Assembly (NCBI RefSeq): GCF_006345805.1
Contig: NW_021835049.1
Span: 1 to 57,578 of the forward strand
Direction of reading: 5' to 3'
Source: Octopus sinensis
Taxonomy: Eukaryota
Length of the DNA stretch: 57,578 nt
Shown here: piece after piece, positions 51,154-57,578 of the stretch
Position numbering within the stretch: position 1 is the stretch's first letter
Layout: each line of letters begins with the position of its first letter
Made by a program: the position numbers and the translations under genes
Notes under the pieces: model-generated
What the model saw: the letters and a program-made list of their open reading frames with translations, nothing else
What the model was told of the DNA's origin: nothing
The model's database searches: none

Positions 51154-51534
51154 ACTATATGATATCGTGATACTCAACTTTTATATATGAGTGCGCTTTT
51201 CCATTGTGTGTAAACTCGAAAGTATTTATTTAACTCTTGTGTGTGCATGCGTGTGTATGTGTGCGAGTATATGTCTGAGTGTGTATGTAAGTGTGTGTAC
51301 AATGAAATATGTACATACCTATGCAGAAAGCATTACTATCGAAAACAGCATAAACTGACGCTTTTTTTCTGAAATCTAAGTATTTTAAGTTCTAACACCA
51401 GGTTACTAATAGTATTGATTCGTCTAAGCGAAATAATGACAATAATGATTAGTAAAAGAAGTGCACCGGAAGGGCGATGCATACCCTACACACAGATATT
51501 TTTTTTTCAAGTATCACCATTATAGGTATTTATT

Positions 51535-51802
51535 GTTTGTTCCTTCTCGAGCCACGCCTGGCTCATAAGGGCCGGTCCCAGGTTTCCTTGGCGTGTAGAT
51601 TCCCCCACCTGGACGAGATGCCGGTCCGTCGCAGGTGATCTGCTAGATGCAAGAGTCAGCAAAAGTTCGCCATTACCTTCTGCCGGAGCCGCGTGGTGCT
51701 TAGGTGTTTCGCTCATAACCACACACATCGCCCGGTCTGAGATTCGAACCCGCTATTCCTCGACCGCGAGTCCGCTGCTCTAACCACTAGGCCATGTGCC
51801 AC
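51535..51802 (-). mobile_element. SINE family B-like head with a third tail (cctgcgacggaccggc, V-domain-like)
   Basis: Head gagtccgctgctctaaccactaggcc and body ccggagccgcgtggtgcttaggtgtttcgctc match family B. Confidence 0.8.
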
Positions 51803-51824
51803 CACTATTATAGGTATTTATATT

Positions 51825-52015
51825 CCGGGGAAATTAAGAAATAAACGAAACCCTCGAATCTATCACTGTACTCACGCGCGCGCACACACACACACGCTAA
51901 TCAAGCCAAATTTCCATCATTTCGAGTCACTCACCCAATGAGTATTTCTCCCAGATTTGGTGAAAATCAGTCCAGCCGTTTTCCAGTAATCTTGTAAACA
52001 CACAGACAAACAGAC
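51825..52015 (+). mobile_element. 3' portion of a second Helitron-like non-autonomous element
   Basis: atttggtgaaaatcagtccagccgtttt...acacacagacaaacagacaa resembles the 3' region of this element class (recall). Confidence 0.35.
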
Positions 52016-52316
52016 AAGTAACTTAGCGGTTCGGCTAAAAGACCCCAATAGAATAGATGAATGTCTTAATGTGAGTGCTGGGGTGGATTTGTTTCATTTT
52101 TTTTTCCCCACTTAACTCTTCGACGCAATTCTCCAGCTAAACACTTCTATGCGGCGCTCCAGCATGGTCGCACTCCAATGACTGAAAGAAAGAAAAGATA
52201 AAAAGATAAAAGAAATATGAGACATAGTTTAGATTTAAAATCATAGAATGAAAATCGAAATTCATTATAAGTGAAGGGCATATTAGATGATCTAAATCTA
52301 AATGAAATAAAATTAT

Positions 52317-52509
52317 TACGTGGCTGTGTGGTTAGAAGCTTGCTCCTCAACCACGTAGTTCCGGGTTCAGTCCCACTGAGTGGCACCTTGGGCAAGTGTC
52401 TTCTACTATAGCCTCGGGCCGACCAAAGCCTTGTGAATGGATTTGGTAGACGGAAACTGAAAGAAGCCCTTCGTATATATATATATATACTATATATACA
52501 TTACATATG

Positions 52510-52562
<53 letters not shown>

Positions 52563-52830
52563 AGCTTAGAGAAAAGAAACGAAACGAAACGAAACGAATC
52601 GAATCGAATCGACGCGAAGGCGCTCAGTCATACAATAGTGTAATAAATAAAATATATGCATACATACAAACATATATGTACGTACCTACATCTACATGTA
52701 GGTACATGTTTATACATGCATATATAAATATATATACGTGTGTACAGGACACCACAAATAGACGTAGAACTCAACGAGAAACGAAAACGTAAAAACAGCA
52801 AGGAACGGACCATATATATATATATATACA

Positions 52831-52875
<45 letters not shown>

Positions 52876-53073
52876 GTTTCTCTCTGCCCATCATCAGTTG
52901 ACAACCGTTGTTTGTGTGTTTATGTCCTCCTAACTTTGCGGTTGGCAAAAGAGACCGGTAGAATGAAGTACTAGGCTTACAAAAAATAAGTCCTGGGGCG
53001 ATTTCTTCGACTAAAACCCTTTAAGACGGTGCTGCAGCATGGCCGTGGTCTAATGATTGAAACAAGTAAAATA
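52317..53073 (+). mobile_element. SINE family A with another repeat nested in its TA spacer
   Basis: 5' half 52317-52475, insert ~52560-52812, 3' half 52880-53073. Confidence 0.85.
52560..52812. mobile_element. Second copy of the 38250 repeat, nested in a SINE A; includes (GAAAC/GAATC)n
   Basis: Direct similarity to 38251-38400. Confidence 0.7.
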
Positions 53074-53094
53074 ATATAATTATTTTTATTATAG

Positions 53095-53500
53095 ACACAA
53101 GGCCAGACATTTTGCGGGAGCGGCCTAATCGATTCTATCAACGCCAGCGCTCAACTTAATATTTATTTCATCGACGCTGAAACGATAATATGGGGAAATT
53201 GACATGGGTGGAAGTTAAACTCAGAACGTAAAGTGCCGAACGAAATGCAGCGATCTTGCCCGTTCGCTTCCTTTAAATGCAAATGCATAACTCTTTCTTC
53301 TATAGGCAAGCGATCTGGATTTTAGGGGAAGGAGCTAATCGGTTACAATAACTCCGGTGCTGAAAAAGTACTTATTTTATCGACCCCTAAAAACGATAAA
53401 AAAGCAAAGTCGACCTCGGCGGAATTTGAACTCAAGACGTAAAAAGCGAGACGAAATACCTCTATAGTATTTTGTTCGCCTGTGAACGACTCTGTCAGAT
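53095..53500 (-). mobile_element. Two degenerate SINE family C copies
   Basis: aactcagaacgtaaag (~53218) and gcaaagtcgacctcggcggaatttgaactc (~53404). Confidence 0.75.
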
Positions 53501-53766
53501 CGCCAAATATAAATACAGACAAATAAATAAAATTTTGAAAGAAAAAATAACAATCGGGCAAAGTTAAAAGTAGAAGAGGGAAGGTTGAAATTTTGAAAAG
53601 TTTTAATTAATTTAATTTTATTTACTTAATTAATTAATAGCAGGTCTATGTGTACGCCTGTGTGTGTATAAATGCATGCTATCTTTTTCAGATTTTCCAG
53701 TAAACTATTTTTCGCGCTGTCGTACACCAATGTAATTCGAGGCGATTAGTAAGAAGTTAGTGTGTT

Positions 53767-53798
53767 CTGATTGGCTGACTTCCGTGTATTAGGGGCGG
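53767..53798. promoter_or_regulatory. Candidate promoter motif cluster: CCAAT (reverse), ETS core and GC box
   Basis: ctgattggct (53767-76), acttccg (53778-84) and ggggcgg (53792-98) within 32 bp of unique sequence. Confidence 0.3.
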
Positions 53799-54291
53799 TC
53801 TCAATGGCTTCTAGATGAGCTTCTGCGCATGCTCCACATTTTGATTGCAGTCGATCCGAATGTTAATCGTGAGATTTCATTTATGGTCGTCACAACCACC
53901 GCCATCAATCAACATCCCCCACCACTACCATCACCATTACCACAGTTGCTACCACTACTGTTGCTGCTGCTGATACTAATACTACCACCCACAGATCACT
54001 CCGGATCAGAGAAATTCCAGCTGTGCCCATCTCGTCTTTTAGTCATCTGTCTCTCTCTCTCTCCCTCTCTCCCTCTCTCTCTTTCTCCTTTTCTCTCTCT
54101 TTTCTGGAAGACGTGATTTGAAGTATATTTAGCTGCTACGTCGAGCGTCCACGTCGGGACATTGAGATTCTCCAATAATAAATTAAAACGTAGCTAAAAT
54201 TGTTTAGTTTGAAAATATAATTAGGATATTGATTAAGTAGTTTAATCACTTTAACGTGTACGTTTGCTAATTAGTATTATCAATATGTTTT

Positions 54292-54845
54292 TAGCACGTG
54301 GGGCCAAATGCTTAGCGGTATTTCGCCCGTTTACACGTTCTGAGTTCAAATTCCACCTTTGTCCAGTTTGACTTTCGTTCTTTCGGGGTCGATAAAATAA
54401 GTACCAGTTGATTAATGGAGTCGGCGCAATCGACTGACTCCCTACTCCAAAATTACTGGCCTTGTGCCAAAATCTGAAACCAACATTATCAGTTTGTTTA
54501 AGGGGGCGAACTGACTGGGCCGTTAGCACGCCGGGCTAAATGCTTAGCGGCATTTCGCCCGTCTACACGTTCTGAGTTCAAATTCCACCGTGGTCGAGTT
54601 TGAACTTCATCCTTTCGGGGATCGATAAAATATGTACCAGTTATTTAAGGTAGCGAGCTGACTGGACCGCTAGCACGCCAGGCAAAATACTTTGTGGTAT
54701 TTTGTCTGTCAGTACGTTCTTGGTTCGAATCCTACCGAGGATGACTTTGCTTTTCATCCTTTCGGGGTCGACAATTTAAGTACCCGTTGAGGACCATGTA
54801 ATCGGCTTATTCCTGTCCCCGAAAATGTAACCAAAATTTGAAGCC
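54292..54845 (+). mobile_element. Three tandem SINE family C copies
   Basis: ttagcacg...aaatgcttagcgg...gagttcaaattcc...ctttcgggg..cgataa repeated at ~54292, ~54503 and ~54647. Confidence 0.85.
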
Positions 54846-55315
54846 AATGTTATCAATTCGTTTATTAACCAGCTTAATTAGTTAATATGTATAATTAATG
54901 CGTTAACACGAATATAATTAATAAATAAATTATTCAGTACAAGTGCTTTTTAGTAATATAATTAATATGTTAGTCTGTATAATTACAATGTCAATTAATA
55001 TGATTAGTACGTTTGTTAATTACATTTATATACTGCTTAATCAGTGCAAATATTGTTAATACAATTAGAAGGTTAATTAATCTGCTATTCATTATATTCG
55101 CCTAGAACAACGATTAATAACTAAGTTAATTGTTGTTAATTAATTCGCTAAACTAGTTTGTCATTATTCAGCATTATTAGAATATTAGATAATCAGAATA
55201 ATCATTACGCTAATTAATTAACTGAATTTGTTTACTAGTTAATATGTACGTTCAATATATTTAGTGTATTACTTAATATAATTAATGTCAGTTAATCAAT
55301 ACAATCAATTGACGC

Positions 55316-55449
55316 CGGCATGTGTGACTAAGAGGTTTTGGGTTCGGTCTTACTGTGTGGCACCTGGGGAAACTATCTTCCATTCGGGCTGACCAAAGCC
55401 TTGTCAGTGGATTTGGTAGACGGCAACTGGAAACTGAAAGAAGCCGTTG

Positions 55450-55450
<1 letters not shown>
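55316..55450 (+). mobile_element. SINE family A, 5' half only
   Basis: tgtggcacctggggaa...caaagccttgtcagtggatttggtagacgg, ending in (TA)n. Confidence 0.75.
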
Positions 55451-55491
<41 letters not shown>

Positions 55492-55493
<2 letters not shown>

Positions 55494-55906
55494 TCTTTTA
55501 CTCTTTTACTTTTTTCTTTTTTCAGTCATTTGACTGCGGCCATGCTGGAGCACCGCCTTTAGTCGAGCAAATCGACTTATTCTTTGTAAGCCCAGTACTT
55601 ATTCCATCGGTCTCTTTTGCCGAACCGCTAAGTGACGGGGACGTAAACACACCAGCATCGGTTGTCAAGCAATGCTAGGAGGACAAACACAGACGCACAA
55701 ACACACACACACACACATACATATATATATATACACATATATACGACAGGCTTCTTTCAGTTTCCGTCTACTAAATCCACTCACAAGGCAATGGTCGGCC
55801 CGGGGCTATAGCAGATAACACTTGCCCAAGATTCCACGCAGTGGGACTGAATCCGGAACCATGTGGTTGGTTAGCAAGCTACTTACCACACAGCCACTCC
55901 TGCGCC
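55492..55906 (-). mobile_element. SINE family A, full length, young
   Basis: Near-consensus reverse complement. Confidence 0.92.
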
Positions 55907-56179
55907 TATATATATATATATATTTACATGTGTGTGTTTCAGTTGCGTTTGCCCACCACTACTCCCACATAGACACGCTGCTTTAAAAGTGGTGATGGTT
56001 TGTTTACCTCCATCAACAAAATTCGTACATAAAGTATTGGCCAGCCCTCGAAAAATTTTCCGCTTGAGATTTCCGGACCCCAGTAGCGAACTAATTTTCA
56101 TAGTGTCAATCAGAGCTCAACTTGACCTTGTTGTTAAGTTAACAAACACACTCTACCAAATAATGACGAAGAACGGTAT

Positions 56180-56375
56180 TGTAAATCGACCTCAGATTGG
56201 CTGTATGCAAATGAGTTCAGAACTGAGTCCGGAACTCTCGTGGGAAAAAAAATTTCGCGTCCGGCCCGGGGTATTGTAGAAGAGATTTGCCCAAGGTGAT
56301 GCGCTATGAGAATGAACTCGAAACAAAGTGATTGCAAAGGAAGTTTCTTAACTACATACCCATGTTTGGGGATAT
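56180..56375 (-). mobile_element. SINE family A, degenerate remnant
   Basis: tattgtagaagagatttgcccaaggtg...gaactcgaaac. Confidence 0.5.
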
Positions 56376-57442
56376 AAAAAAAAGTAGTAAAGAGCAATAG
56401 ATGAGTGTGTGCAGCTTTCTTCAACTGAGATTTCTATTTAGATATTAACTAGAAAAAAAATTAAATGTAATGTTATGATAAACTGCTTTTTAGTCACAAT
56501 TGCAACCGCAATAACAATAAAAACAACGAGAAAATCGACAATTATAACAGACTTCCAAATATGAATAAGTAAATAAACCAAAGCGATCATATAAAGCCTG
56601 TTTAGAGTGTTGGCTTATGGTATGGCGAGTGTGTGGTAAGCAATTATCAGTATTAAAATACTGCATCAGACGATTGGGTGTGGCTGTTCAGGCGCAGGCG
56701 ATTTGGCCCGGCTGCTTCGACGTCCCTTCATTTTGGCGACAGAACGTTTTGATACTGGAGTTAAGCACATACACACGTTCACATTCACAAGTGTACACAG
56801 AAATATTATACATAATGACAGAGAGAGTGAGAGATGAAAGGTAGAGAGAAAGATATTATAATATATTAATTGAACACAGTTGCTATAAACACATTCCATC
56901 TCTTCATACACATAAATGAGATATGCTCACGCACATAAACGACAGCAAGGGAGAGATAGAAGAAAGAAAGAGAGAGCGTGGTAACGAGGGAAACATCAAA
57001 AAGTCTTATGTCAAAAAAGTCAGCGTCCAATCAACGACGCCTATGAAAATAATGTATGGAAATTTGACCTGGATTCGAACTCGAAATGTGAAGAGTGGAA
57101 ATTATGGACAGCCAGTCATTATGTCCCGCCAGAGGCTATAATGAATTATGTCTTTGGCCATGGATATGCGTTTAGAAATTAATTGAACTCTATTGGGATC
57201 TAAACAACGTAAGTATCTAAATACGGTAAAATACTTACGTTGGCACCGTATCGTCTTTGACACTTAAAATTAAATCATAGAACTTACATGTTCATTCGTT
57301 CACACAAACACACACATGCACACACGCGCACATATACATGCATAACATACATATACATATATATATGTGTATATATATATATGTGTATATATATATATGT
57401 GTATATATATATGTGTGTGCATATATATATGTCATAAATATG

Positions 57443-57473
<31 letters not shown>

Positions 57474-57578
57474 ATATATATATACTAATGCATTATGTAT
57501 CTATATGTGTATGTATATATATATATGTCTATATATGTGTATGTATGTATTTATGTATATATATTTTTATATATGAAT

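Noticed and set aside
5644-55906. tRNA-like A/B boxes as tRNA genes
   Set aside because: They continue into SINE bodies and lack complete cloverleaf 3' halves.
451-57578. Frequent single-base gaps inside otherwise perfect microsatellites read as biological interruptions
   Set aside because: The pattern (e.g. tctctcctctct, gtgtggtgtg, cttctcttc) is typical of long-read consensus error. It also means some frameshifts and perfect duplications need raw-read confirmation.
1-57578. CRISPR array, rRNA, prokaryotic operon
   Set aside because: No regularly spaced repeat-spacer array and no rRNA-like sequence. The window is eukaryotic repeat DNA.

Overview
Eukaryotic, AT-rich, extremely repeat-dense DNA, either a large intron or intergenic. 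The SINE families and the (TA/CA/CATA/GATA/TAA)n load look like an octopus (coleoid cephalopod) genome; that assignment is from recall, not a search. No intact host gene, rRNA, true tRNA or CRISPR is supported, and nearly all ORFs in the track are translated microsatellites. The real coding remnants are all transposon-derived: two R4/Dong-clade LINE pieces (one with the whole RT deleted), two or three RTE pieces, a Tx1/L1 RT piece, a deleted Tc1/mariner (maT-like) element and a rearranged mariner end. There are about 30 tRNA-head SINE copies in 4 families with swapped tails. The most interesting unexplained layer has four parts: (i) six or seven dispersed minimal type-I hammerhead-like motifs, including two in a tandem ~165-bp repeat split by a SINE (retrozyme/Penelope-like architecture); (ii) several long, near-perfect palindromes; (iii) a non-coding element flanked by (TAA)n on both sides, present as a tandem pair; (iv) a SINE tail shared with a (GATA)n-embedded poly(A)-signal fragment. 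Repeat boundaries were read by eye (about +/-10-20 bp). Family labels A-D are my working names.
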